Below are positions 50,235-60,045 of a stretch of 64,000 nt of DNA, piece by piece. The position numbers were made by a program, and so were the translations under genes. A model generated the notes under the pieces. That model was not told the origin of the DNA, did not search any database, and saw only the letters and a list, made by a program, of their open reading frames with translations. Where the stretch lies: assembly GCA_934098385.1 (NCBI GenBank), contig CAKOOJ010000001.1, positions 13,717 to 77,716 on the forward strand. Direction: 5' to 3'. The stretch comes from an uncultured Bacilli bacterium. Its GTDB lineage: Bacteria; Bacillota_I; Bacilli_A; RF39; UBA660. Numbering within the stretch: the stretch's first letter is position 1; each line of letters opens with the position of its first letter.

Positions 50235-50651
50235 TTAATTATTTTCTTCTATTTCAAAATCTAATAGTTTTTCACATATTTTTTCGTATAAATCTTGTTC
50301 ATGAGCAACAGTATCAATTAAAAACATTTTGTCGTTTTGATATTCTTTTAAACCTCTTATATAATAAGATTTACAATCATCCAATATAATGAATGGCATA
50401 ATATTATTTCTTAAGCATTCTTTAAACATTATTATTCTACCTACACGACCATTTCCATCGCCAAATGGATGAATTTTTTCAAATCTAACATGAAAATCAA
50501 CAATATCTTCTAAAGTAATATTAGTTTTAGAATTATATTCATCTAACAATTCTTCTATTTCTTCTTCAACATCTTCTGGTGCGGTTGTATTTTTGTGATA
50601 TACAACTTTTAAGATTTTTGCTATACCATTTTTAAGGTTTTTGCTATACAA
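50235..50651 (-). pseudogene. Fic-domain gene, probably truncated at the N-terminus.
   Basis: Intact Fic motif HPFGDGNGRVGR lies only about 60 aa from the ORF start. The ORF starts with TTG and has no RBS. Upstream there is no coding potential in any frame. A 23-nt tandem repeat sits at the 5' boundary. Confidence 0.5.
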
Positions 50652-50652
50652 T
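50607..50652. repeat. 23-nt tandem direct repeat at the 5' edge of the Fic ORF.
   Basis: ttttaagatttttgctataccat (50607-50629) and ttttaaggtttttgctatacaat (50630-50652), 20/23 identical. The adjacent palindrome is gttgtat...atacaac (50584-50606). Confidence 0.8.
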
Positions 50653-50814
50653 TTTTAAAATTATATATTAAATTTTAATATTAAATTAATTTTTATATTT
50701 TTTAAATATTTAAAAAGATATTATTAAACCTATTATATCATAAAAATATACAACATAATAATTAAGAATTATAAGACTTTAATATTAGATATTCCATAGA
50801 CATACTTTGATATA

Positions 50815-50845
50815 AGATAAGAAAAAAGTACCCTAAGATACTTTT
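50815..50845 (-). terminator. Intrinsic terminator of the cotD-like gene.
   Basis: Stem aaaagta / tactttt overlaps the stop codon and is followed by a U-rich run. Confidence 0.5.
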
Positions 50846-51113
50846 AGAAATTGTTACATTGTCCTTCATATACATCGCATTTTTCGTTTTCTTCACAGCA
50901 TGTATATTCTGGAGTATATGTATGAGTATAAATATGATGATTTATAACTCTTGTGTTAATTGGACATACATGAGGAACATGATGATGTATTTCTCTATGA
51001 CATACTCTTTCTACTGGACATTCATAAACTACTGGACATTCCATTCCTGGCATAGACATATTACCATTATAAATTCCATCTTGTTTATCTATGCATCTAA
51101 AATTATTACACAT
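50844..51113 (-). CDS. CotD-like Cys/His-rich spore coat protein.
   Basis: MCNNFRC...ECPVERVCHREIHHHVPHVCPINTRVINHHIYTHTYTPEY resembles the inner spore coat protein D pattern (V.H..P....V.NHH.Y.H). The start is taken as Met27 of the track ORF. Confidence 0.55.
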   Translation of the reverse strand: MCNNFRCIDKQDGIYNGNMSMPGMECPVVYECPVERVCHREIHHHVPHVCPINTRVINHHIYTHTYTPEYTCCEENEKCDVYEGQCNNF

Positions 51114-51191
51114 AATTAGTACACTATCCTTTCTAAGATATTTTATGAACTTATAAAAAATATGTACTAGTACAATTACACTATTTTGCAA

Positions 51192-51670
51192 ACAAAAACC
51201 AATAGCACTGATAATACCATTGGCTCGAGTTTAAGAAAAATTGTAAAACTAGTTTAACTAGTATCTAAATATTATCAGTATTTAGTACAACATCTCATCA
51301 TTATGAGTTTTCTTTCTCAATTACAATTGCAATACCTAGATTTGATAAGATTTTATTTATCCTTTACATAAATAAATTTTCTAACAAACAGTTATCTTAA
51401 AATCAACAATAACATTAATAATTAATACCAACCCTATAATCGATTTTAAAAACCAAAATCAAATATTAAATCTAAACAAAAGTTAAAACACAACTTTCTA
51501 TAATATTAATTTAAAAAATCAAATCAAATATTATTACTAGATTCTAATATTATTATCTCTAGGTTAATATCATTATATGCTTAACTTAATAATATGTCAA
51601 TACCTTTTTTCTAAATTTTTGTATTTTTTTTTAATTTATGATAAAATACTTATCCAAGGAAGTGATTTAG
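51192..51670. other. Unusually long non-coding region: hairpin-rich on the left, G-depleted A/C-rich on the right.
   Basis: No ORF appears in the track. Hairpins at about 51271-51298 and 51305-51318. Between about 51390 and 51545 I count only about 4 G residues on the plus strand. Confidence 0.6.
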
Positions 51671-52051
51671 ATGTTTGGAGATAATAATCTTGTAAATTCT
51701 TATAAAAGAAAAATTGATGATAAAAATAGAATATCTATCCCCAAAGAATATAATGCAACAAATAATGAATCTTTATTTTTTATAAATTATGGTGATGAAA
51801 TAAGATTATATTCTTTAGAAGAAACAGAGAAAATAATTGAATTAATCTATAATTATTTAAAAAATAATTATAGTTATGTAGAACATAAACATTTAAAAAG
51901 AGAATTATGTAGTAGAGTTATTTATGAAGTAATTGTTCATTCTAATAAAATAACTATTCCGAAAGATTTAATTAATAAATATAGTATTGATAATGAAATA
52001 ATATTAGAAGGTAGAAATAAATATGTAGAATTAAAAAAGGTTTTTAGATAA
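51671..52051 (+). CDS. mraZ: MraZ-like (double SpoVT/AbrB) DNA-binding protein, not linked to a dcw cluster.
   Basis: Starts MFGD, then IDDKNRISIPKEY (DxxxR motif). A second, degenerate half reads HSNKITIPKDLINKY. Upstream is TTGTAT-N17-TAAAAT and RBS AAGGAAG. Confidence 0.6.
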   Translation: MFGDNNLVNSYKRKIDDKNRISIPKEYNATNNESLFFINYGDEIRLYSLEETEKIIELIYNYLKNNYSYVEHKHLKRELCSRVIYEVIVHSNKITIPKDLINKYSIDNEIILEGRNKYVELKKVFR

Positions 52052-52060
52052 AACTTTTTT

Positions 52061-52393
52061 TTAATGAAATAATTTTTCTAAAACTTTACCAATATTTTTA
52101 AATCCTTTATTTATAACAGTATCTATACCCATAGACAAATGATATCCAAAATTACTATAATTATTTTTATAGTCTGTTTCATCTCTTACATACTCTTTAA
52201 TATCTACATATTTGCCATTTTTTATATCCTTTTCAAATTCTTTCATTTTTTCATCAGTAATTATTTTATTTTTACTAGCAATATTGTAATATCCAAGATT
52301 ATCCATTGTATAAAGTGCAAAATAAATTATAAATAATATTAATAATACTCTTAGAAATATATTTTTCTTTTTCTTTTCTTCCATATCATTCAC
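52061..52393 (-). CDS. Small membrane protein, possibly YqxA-like (the gene following spoIIP in Bacillus).
   Basis: 110 aa with one TM segment. It overlaps the spoIIP end by 8 nt. Position and size match remembered B. subtilis yqxA. Confidence 0.45.
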   Translation of the reverse strand: MNDMEEKKKKNIFLRVLLILFIIYFALYTMDNLGYYNIASKNKIITDEKMKEFEKDIKNGKYVDIKEYVRDETDYKNNYSNFGYHLSMGIDTVINKGFKNIGKVLEKLFH

Positions 52394-53264
52394 CTAAATA
52401 ATTTTTTATAGCAAGTGCTAAAACATTTAATGTATTTGATACACTTTCATAGGTACTCTCTGGTCCGCCTACTTCAATTAAAACACAATTTTTATTAAAA
52501 TCTTGATTATATACACTCTTTTTTCTTGTAAATATTCCTCTTGAAATTTCTTTGTTTATTTTTTCTACTTCATTTATTAATTTAGTTGCTACATCTAAAT
52601 TATCTTGATAATCATAGTTATTACCCATAACAAACATTATTTTTGCATAATCTTTTCCATTAACAGTTACATTACTTAAATTATATTTTGTACTATCTCT
52701 ATGTAAATCTATATATAAATCTAAATCATTTCTACCTAAATTATTAAGCCAGTATTTGCTTACTTCATATGCATTATTATAGTTTACACCTAACTTATTC
52801 ATATCTGTTTTTAAATCGCTATCTTCTACTATTACACCTATATTATATTGCTTTAATAAATCTTTTAGAATATAAGATGCTGTATGTACTGTAGGAGTTA
52901 AATTATAATTTTCTATTGTTCTATATTCTTCTGTTTGATGTGTATTATATATATATATTCTTGGATTTAATTCTTTTTCTTCTTTATTGTTTTGTTTAAA
53001 AGTTACTTTGTCAAATTTTATTTTTTCAAAATTATTTAATCCTATGTTTATTAAATATTCTCCTTTTAAATTAATATCTTTTAGTGTTAATTCATTCATA
53101 CTTGTTTTTTTTAATAAATTTATGAATTTTATATTTTTTAATATGCTAATTTTGCTTATAATAAAAGCAAACGAAAAAGATATTAAAAGCATTAATAATA
53201 TTTTTTTTAGATTAATTTTTTTATTTTTTTTACTTTTAAATATCTTTTTCATATCATTCACCAT
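52386..53264 (-). CDS. spoIIP: Stage II sporulation protein P.
   Basis: IYIYNTHQTEEY, DLHRDS, and CVLIEVGG blocks typical of SpoIIP. Confidence 0.85.
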   Translation of the reverse strand: MVNDMKKIFKSKKNKKINLKKILLMLLISFSFAFIISKISILKNIKFINLLKKTSMNELTLKDINLKGEYLINIGLNNFEKIKFDKVTFKQNNKEEKELNPRIYIYNTHQTEEYRTIENYNLTPTVHTASYILKDLLKQYNIGVIVEDSDLKTDMNKLGVNYNNAYEVSKYWLNNLGRNDLDLYIDLHRDSTKYNLSNVTVNGKDYAKIMFVMGNNYDYQDNLDVATKLINEVEKINKEISRGIFTRKKSVYNQDFNKNCVLIEVGGPESTYESVSNTLNVLALAIKNYLGE

Positions 53265-53307
53265 ATATATAATAATATATAGTTGTTAAAAATATTGTTG
53301 TTTTTTG

Positions 53308-56300
53308 TTAGAATAAACTTAATTGACTAGATTCTGGTAAATCTTTTAAAACTCCAAGTGCTCTTAATCTTTCTATTGCTGTTTGGTTTACTTTTCCTCT
53401 ATTTTGTAAGTCTTCTATACTTATAAATTTACCTTTTTTTCTTTCTTCAACTATTTGATTACATACTTGTACACCTAGTCCATCTAAACTACGCCATGGT
53501 AGTATTAAACTCTTTCCGTCTTCATCTATTTTGAAATATTTTGCATCACTTTTTTCTAAATTAATATTTTTGAAACTTAAACCACGACAAGTCATTTCAA
53601 GTGCTAAATAAAGTACATCTAACGTATTTGATTCTTTGTTTGTCATTTCAAATCCTTTATTTTGTAACTCTTCTATTTTAGCACGTATTGCACTTTCTCC
53701 TTTTATCATAGAGTCTACATCAAAGTCATCACAACGTATTGAAAAATATGCTGCATAATACCAAATTGGATGATGCACTTTAAAGTATGCTATTCTAAAT
53801 GCACTTATAACATATGCTGCTGCATGTGCTTTTGGGAACATGTATTTTATTTTTCTACAAGAATCTATAAACCAATCTTCTATTTTGGCATTTTTCATTT
53901 CTTTTTCCCATATTTTCCATGTTTCTGGATCTTTACTAGCTTTTCCTTTACGTACAAATTCCATTATTTTAAATGCTTTTTTAGGTTCTAATCCATGATA
54001 CATTAAGTAAACCATTATATCGTCACGACACCCTATTACATCTTTAAAATCTACTATATTATTTCTAATTAAATCCTGTGCATTACCTAACCAAACGTCA
54101 GTACCATGAGATAAACCTGATATTTTAATTAATTCTGAGAATGTTCCAGGCTTTGTATCAACAAGCATTCCTATAACAAATTTTGTACCGAATTCTGGTA
54201 CACCAAGTGTTCCTGTTTCACACATTATTTGTTCTTTAGTAACGCCTAAAGGTTCTGGTGATTTAAATATATCCATAGTTGCTTTATCATCAAGTGGAAC
54301 TTTAGTTACGTCCATTCCAGATAAGTCTTGCAACATACGAAGAACTGTTGGATCATCGTGTCCTAGTATATCAAGTTTTAATACATCTTGGTCTATTGCA
54401 TGGTAATCAAAATGTGTTGTTCTCCATGCACTAGTTGGGTCATCTGCTGGAAATTGGAAAGGAGTAAAATCAAATACATCCATATATCCTGGAATAACTA
54501 CAATTCCACCTGGATGTTGCCCCGTAGTTCTTTTTATACCAGTACATCCTATTGCAAGTCTTTCTATTTCTACACTTCTTAAATTAATTCCCTTTTCTTC
54601 TGTATATCCTTTTACAAATCCGTAAGCTGTTTTTTCTGCAACCGTACCAATTGTCCCAGCTCTATAAACATTATCTACACCGAATAACACTTTAGTATAT
54701 TCATGTGCACTTGCTTGATTGTCTCCCGAAAAATTCAGGTCGATATCTGGTACTTTATCCGCATTAAATCCTAAGAATGTTGCAAATGGCATGTCTTGTC
54801 CTGCTTTATTATACGGAATATTACAGTTTGGACACATTTTATCTGGTAAATCAAATCCACTAGAATATTCACTACCTAATGCTCTACCATCTTCAAAATT
54901 AAATTCACTTTTTTTACATTTATCACAAAGGTAGTGTGCTGGAAGTGGATTAACTTCTGTTATTCCCATCATAGTTGCTACAAATGAAGATCCAACACTA
55001 CCACGAGAACCTACTAGATATCCATCATCGTTTGAGTGTTTAACAAGTTTTTGAGCAATTAAATATATAACGTCAAAACCTCCACCTATTATTCCACCTA
55101 AAGTTTTTTTAGTTTCTTTAGTTAATTTTTCTTCACTTAATTCTTCTTCACTGTTTTTCTTTATGTTATTTTTAGTTAATTCGTAAACCTTATCATATCC
55201 TGTCTTTACTATCTCACTTAAATCACTCATAAATTGTTTTTCAAATTCATCATCGTTTAAATTAGGATATTCTTCTTTAGTTTTATCACTAACAAGTTTT
55301 AAAATACCATCTCCATATAATTCTTGTGCTATACGTTTTTCTATATTAGTAGGAAGCGGATCACCATACATACTATGTGCTTTATCGAATACTAAATTAT
55401 ATACTTCTGTACGTGAATCTCCCATCTTAGGTGAGAATGGAATACCACCAGTTTCAATTATTACTTCGATAATATCTACCATATCTGCTATTTTTTTAGG
55501 ATTATCAATTACTAATTCATGAGCTAAATCATCACCTAAAAATGCTAAATCATTTAACATTTCTTTTGTTGTTCTTAAATGATTTTCTGGTATATGAGTT
55601 ATACTACTTCTATTAAGTGGATGTCTTCCACCACCAGGTACTTTTTGATTTATTATTATTTCTCTATAAATTTTATCTTCTTTATTTAAATAGTGTACAT
55701 CACCGGTCGCAACAATTATTTTACCTTGATCTTTAGTACATTCGATTATTTTTTTTATTGTACGTTCTAATTCATATTCATTTTGAAAATCAGATTGATC
55801 AATCAAATGAGAATAACAATCTTTAGGTTGGACTTCAACATAATCATAAAAGTCTATTATTGTTCTAAGTTCATCTTCACTCTTACTTCTAGCTTCAATA
55901 AATACTTCAGATTCATAACATCCACTACCAACTAAAATTCCATCTCTTAATTCTTCTAATTTACTTCTTAATATTCTTGGAGTTTTATATAAATATGTTG
56001 TATTAGCATAACTAATTATTTTAAATAAGTTTTTTAATCCAACTTTGTTTTTTACAAGTAAATTTACATGGTATGTTCTACCATATTTATGTATTTCATT
56101 TTTATCTACTAAATTATTTAATTCGTTAACATTTTCATATTTTTTACTACTTAATTTTTTTAGCATTTTGTAAAGTACTAATGCTGTTCCTTCTGCATCA
56201 TAGTCTGCTCTATGATGAGCATCTTCTGCCCATGGAACATTATATCTTTTAACTAATGCAGAAAGTCCATGCTTAGAATATTCTGAATCTAATGCACGTG

Positions 56301-57843
56301 ATAACTCCAAAGTATCAATTACAGTATTTTCAAATGTTCCTAAATTATATTTTTTATATGCCATTTCTAAAAATGATGTATCAAATTTAGCATTATGTGC
56401 AACCATAGGATAGTCTTTAAACCATTTAATAAATCTTTTTACAACAGTTTCTTCATCATCTTTACCACGTAACATATCGTCAGTAATATTTGTAAGTTCT
56501 GTTATTTTATATGGTAAAGGTCTTTTTGGATCAATAAGTTCATCAAATCTATCTATTATTTCACCATTATTAATTAAAACTGCACCAATTTCAATTATTT
56601 GGTCATTTCCACCAGCATTAAATCCCGTTGTTTCTAAATCGAATACACAATATGTTGTATTTAATAAATCATAATCACGTTCTCTTGTGACAATTCTAAT
56701 AGTATCATCAACAAGTGTTAGTTCACATCCATATATTGCTTTAAATTTATCTTTATCTTCTTTCCCCTTATTATAATCAGTTACAAAGTGATAAACATCT
56801 GGAAAAGATTGACAACCATTATGATCTGTTATACCAATTGTTTTATGACCCCAAGATGTAACAGTTTTTAAAAGTTTTTTAGCATCAACACATCCATCCA
56901 TTTGACTCATCATTGTATGTGCATGTAATTCTATTCTCTTTTCTTCACTATCATCAATAACACTAACATCTTTACTAGGTATACTTGTAATATCTCTTAT
57001 ATTTAATACCATATCATGAGCATATTGATCATTTTTTATATATCCTCTAAATTTATACCAATTGCCATTTTTAATTTTTTTACAAATACTTTTAAATTCA
57101 TCTTCATCTCTAGAAAATATTTTCGCAAGTATACTATCTGTTTTATCACTTATTTTTAAAGTTAATATTTTAAAATTACTTTTACTAGATTCAAATACTT
57201 CACTACCAAAAACATAAGCTTCAACACAAGTATTGTTGTCTTCACCCATTATACTATCAATAGTAGTTACTTTAGTTTTTATTTCTTCTCCCATTATTAT
57301 AGGATTTTCTTTTTTTTCTATCTTTACTTCTTTTCTAGATTCATTTATATCTTTTTTTACTTCTTCTTTTAATTCTAAATTCAATTTACTTTCTATATCT
57401 ATATTTATATATCCTAGTTCATTTAATTTTTTTATAATACTATTTTTTTCTTTTTTTATTAATTCTTCTTCTACATTACTGCTTACTTCAATTACAACAA
57501 TATTATTATTTACATAGATATTATTATTAATAATACTACTTATAGATGGCCTATTATTAACTAATTCATTTAATAAATATTTAAAATATTCTAATATATC
57601 ATTATCCTTTATATTATTATTATTAAAAACTATATTTATTTTACTAACTCCAGTAATACCTCTATCACAAATATTTATTAATTTAATAGTATTTATAGGA
57701 TTAATATAACTATTATTTTCAATATAAACAGTCCAGGTTTCTTCTAACTTATTTACAAGTACTTTAATTACTTTAGAATTTTTAAAATCATCTATTTCAT
57801 TAAATCCAATTTTATTAAAAAATCTTTCTAGTTTATTATCCAT
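53308..57843 (-). CDS. polC: DNA polymerase III PolC-type alpha subunit.
   Basis: PHP domain (ELHAHTMMSQMDG), inserted 3'-5' exonuclease (VFDLETTGF...HNAKFDTSF...HRADYDA), and polymerase core. Start is ATG 57843 after AGGGTGG; the track start at 57852 is GTG. Confidence 0.97.
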   Translation of the reverse strand: MDNKLERFFNKIGFNEIDDFKNSKVIKVLVNKLEETWTVYIENNSYINPINTIKLINICDRGITGVSKINIVFNNNNIKDNDILEYFKYLLNELVNNRPSISSIINNNIYVNNNIVVIEVSSNVEEELIKKEKNSIIKKLNELGYINIDIESKLNLELKEEVKKDINESRKEVKIEKKENPIIMGEEIKTKVTTIDSIMGEDNNTCVEAYVFGSEVFESSKSNFKILTLKISDKTDSILAKIFSRDEDEFKSICKKIKNGNWYKFRGYIKNDQYAHDMVLNIRDITSIPSKDVSVIDDSEEKRIELHAHTMMSQMDGCVDAKKLLKTVTSWGHKTIGITDHNGCQSFPDVYHFVTDYNKGKEDKDKFKAIYGCELTLVDDTIRIVTRERDYDLLNTTYCVFDLETTGFNAGGNDQIIEIGAVLINNGEIIDRFDELIDPKRPLPYKITELTNITDDMLRGKDDEETVVKRFIKWFKDYPMVAHNAKFDTSFLEMAYKKYNLGTFENTVIDTLELSRALDSEYSKHGLSALVKRYNVPWAEDAHHRADYDAEGTALVLYKMLKKLSSKKYENVNELNNLVDKNEIHKYGRTYHVNLLVKNKVGLKNLFKIISYANTTYLYKTPRILRSKLEELRDGILVGSGCYESEVFIEARSKSEDELRTIIDFYDYVEVQPKDCYSHLIDQSDFQNEYELERTIKKIIECTKDQGKIIVATGDVHYLNKEDKIYREIIINQKVPGGGRHPLNRSSITHIPENHLRTTKEMLNDLAFLGDDLAHELVIDNPKKIADMVDIIEVIIETGGIPFSPKMGDSRTEVYNLVFDKAHSMYGDPLPTNIEKRIAQELYGDGILKLVSDKTKEEYPNLNDDEFEKQFMSDLSEIVKTGYDKVYELTKNNIKKNSEEELSEEKLTKETKKTLGGIIGGGFDVIYLIAQKLVKHSNDDGYLVGSRGSVGSSFVATMMGITEVNPLPAHYLCDKCKKSEFNFEDGRALGSEYSSGFDLPDKMCPNCNIPYNKAGQDMPFATFLGFNADKVPDIDLNFSGDNQASAHEYTKVLFGVDNVYRAGTIGTVAEKTAYGFVKGYTEEKGINLRSVEIERLAIGCTGIKRTTGQHPGGIVVIPGYMDVFDFTPFQFPADDPTSAWRTTHFDYHAIDQDVLKLDILGHDDPTVLRMLQDLSGMDVTKVPLDDKATMDIFKSPEPLGVTKEQIMCETGTLGVPEFGTKFVIGMLVDTKPGTFSELIKISGLSHGTDVWLGNAQDLIRNNIVDFKDVIGCRDDIMVYLMYHGLEPKKAFKIMEFVRKGKASKDPETWKIWEKEMKNAKIEDWFIDSCRKIKYMFPKAHAAAYVISAFRIAYFKVHHPIWYYAAYFSIRCDDFDVDSMIKGESAIRAKIEELQNKGFEMTNKESNTLDVLYLALEMTCRGLSFKNINLEKSDAKYFKIDEDGKSLILPWRSLDGLGVQVCNQIVEERKKGKFISIEDLQNRGKVNQTAIERLRALGVLKDLPESSQLSLF

Positions 57844-57927
57844 TACTACCACCCTAACTAACTTATACTATTATATCAAACTGATTAATTTTTTTCATTA
57901 AAAAAAAGCAATAATTTATCACTTTTC

Positions 57928-59949
57928 TTATTCTTTTGTATAATCACACTTAGAACATTTAATTATACCTTTTTTATCTACTAATAAATTTTTGCATTCT
58001 GGACACAATTCTCCAGTAGGAATATCCCAAGTAGCAGTTTTACATTTTGGATAATTATTACATCCATAAAATATTTTATTTTTTCTTGTTGTTTTCTCGA
58101 TTATTTTACCTTTTTTACATATAGGACAATCACAAATTTCTTTAACAACTTTTTCTTCTTTTTTTATATATTTACATTCTGGATAATTACTACATGCCGT
58201 AAACTCACCATATCTACCTTTTCTAATGATTAAATCACTTCCACACTCTGGACATTTTTCTCCAGTTGGTGTAGGTGCTTTCTTTTCCATTTCTGTAAAT
58301 GCTTTTTCTACTAATGGTTCAAAGTCATTATAGAATGTTTTTAAAACTTTAATATAATCAATCTTATCTTCAGCTACTAAATCAAGTTCATTTTCCATAT
58401 TGGCTGTATATTCTACATTAATAATATTACTAAAGAATTCTTGTAATTTATCTGTTGTTTCTATTCCTATTTCAGTAGGATAAAACTTTTTCTCTTTTAT
58501 TGTAACGTAAGCACGTTCTTTTAAAGTTTCCATTGTTTTTGCATACGTAGATGGTCTACCAATTCCTAAACTTTCCATTTCTTTAATCAAAGATGCTTCT
58601 GTATATCGAGCAACTGGTTTTGTAAAATGTTGTTCTTTTTTTATTTCATTAGATATAAGTTCATCTCCAACTTTAAATTCTGGTAATTCTACGTCTTCAC
58701 TATTCATATAATCTTTGTAAACTTTCATAAAGCCATCAAATATTGTTACTTGTCCAGTTGATTTAAATTCATAATCATTATTATTAAATACTATACTAGT
58801 TTGTTTTACTCTAGCATCACACATTAAACTTGCTAAAGCACGATAATATATAATACTATATACTTTGTATTCATCAGGAGTTAAATATTTTTTTATATTA
58901 TTAGGTGTTCTTCTAATACTAGTTGGTCTTATTGCTTCATGTGCATCTTGTACATTTTCTTTCTTTTTAGAAACTTTTACATTTCCAACATATTTATCTC
59001 CATACTCTTCTTTTATAAAAGACATAGTATCACTAACAAAAACTTCAGAAAGTCTTGTAGAATCTGTTCTCATATAACTAATTAAACCTACTGTTTCATT
59101 TCCTATATCTTTTCCTTCATAAAGCTTTTGGGCAACGCTCATAGTTTTTGATGAACCAAAATTATATTTAGTAGAACATGCTTGTTGCAAAGTAGATGTT
59201 GTAAATGGCATAACACCCTTCTTATTTCTTTCTTTGCTTTCTACATTAGATACAACAAATTTATTTGATAATTCATTTAATACTTTATCAGTATCATTTT
59301 CATTTTTTAATTCAATTTTCTTACCCTTATATTTTTCTAAATTACTTTCTAAATCATCAAATATAGCTTTAATAGTCCAATATTCTTCTGGAATAAATGC
59401 TTCAATTTCTCTTTCTCTATCTACAATTAGTTTAAGTGCAACACTTTGTACACGTCCGGCAGATTTACCACCAGTTTTAGATTGCATTAACTTTGATAAT
59501 CTAAAACCAATGATTCTATCTAAAATTCTTCTTGTTTCTTGACTTTTAACTAAATTATAATCAATTTTCCTAGGATGCTTTATTGCTTCTTTAACAGCTG
59601 GTTCTGTTATTTCATTAAATAATATTCTTTCATAATCATTATCTTTAAGCCCAATTGCATCATATAAATGCCAGCTAATCGCTTCTCCTTCACGATCTGG
59701 GTCTGTTGCCAAATAGACTATATCAGACTCTTTAGTTTCTTTTTTTAATTCATTTATTATTTTTTTCTTTCCAGTAATTGGTACATAATTTGGTTTAAAA
59801 TCATTATCAACATCTACTCCTAAACCAAATTTACCACTACTTGCTAAATCTCTAACATGTCCTTTACTTGATACTACTTTATAATCACTACCTAAATATT
59901 TCCCAATAGTTTTAGTTTTACTTGGGGACTCTACTATTACTAATTTCAT
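57928..59949 (-). CDS. topA: DNA topoisomerase I.
   Basis: TOPRIM (LVIVESPSK...DPDREGE), active-site region ISYMRTDS, and C-terminal Cys4 zinc ribbons. Confidence 0.96.
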   Translation of the reverse strand: MKLVIVESPSKTKTIGKYLGSDYKVVSSKGHVRDLASSGKFGLGVDVDNDFKPNYVPITGKKKIINELKKETKESDIVYLATDPDREGEAISWHLYDAIGLKDNDYERILFNEITEPAVKEAIKHPRKIDYNLVKSQETRRILDRIIGFRLSKLMQSKTGGKSAGRVQSVALKLIVDREREIEAFIPEEYWTIKAIFDDLESNLEKYKGKKIELKNENDTDKVLNELSNKFVVSNVESKERNKKGVMPFTTSTLQQACSTKYNFGSSKTMSVAQKLYEGKDIGNETVGLISYMRTDSTRLSEVFVSDTMSFIKEEYGDKYVGNVKVSKKKENVQDAHEAIRPTSIRRTPNNIKKYLTPDEYKVYSIIYYRALASLMCDARVKQTSIVFNNNDYEFKSTGQVTIFDGFMKVYKDYMNSEDVELPEFKVGDELISNEIKKEQHFTKPVARYTEASLIKEMESLGIGRPSTYAKTMETLKERAYVTIKEKKFYPTEIGIETTDKLQEFFSNIINVEYTANMENELDLVAEDKIDYIKVLKTFYNDFEPLVEKAFTEMEKKAPTPTGEKCPECGSDLIIRKGRYGEFTACSNYPECKYIKKEEKVVKEICDCPICKKGKIIEKTTRKNKIFYGCNNYPKCKTATWDIPTGELCPECKNLLVDKKGIIKCSKCDYTKE

Positions 59950-60045
59950 AACATTTTCCTCTCAACTTATATAATAATATAATTAAATCTAAAAAAAATC
60001 AATATAAATTGACTTTAATTACGTAAAATGACTTTTATCTGCACA

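Noticed and set aside
51114-51191. The 26-codon N-terminal extension of the cotD-like ORF in the track.
   Set aside because: The extension (MQNSVIVLVHIFYKFIKYLRKDSVLI) is hydrophobic junk without an RBS. It overlaps promoter-like sequence, and the CotD-like similarity begins at the internal Met at 51113.
51192-51670. A replication origin in the long non-coding region.
   Set aside because: I found no TTATCCACA-type DnaA boxes, no dnaA or dnaN nearby, and no change in coding-strand bias on either side.
882-59542. All plus-strand ORFs in the six-frame track that lie antisense to long minus-strand genes. They are 882-1193, 4947-5135, 5880-6101, 6938-7228, 7817-8170, 14026-14250, 14234-14431, 17623-17871, 19017-19211, 20405-20596, 20651-20839, 23706-23897, 25937-26404, 30293-30877, 31305-31568, 31505-31753, 32976-33230, 33097-33306, 36427-36618, 40191-40382, 43388-43573, 47805-48050, 50859-51119, 52139-52336, 52987-53289, 53770-53991, 54388-54582, 54719-54934, 57233-57517, 58865-59077 and 59234-59542.
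   Set aside because: Each is fully embedded opposite a gene with clear conserved motifs or a much longer ORF. Their translations are Leu/Phe/Ile/Ser-rich low-complexity mirror images of Lys/Glu/Asn-rich proteins. They lack RBSs. Long antisense ORFs are expected in such AT-rich, stop-poor complements.
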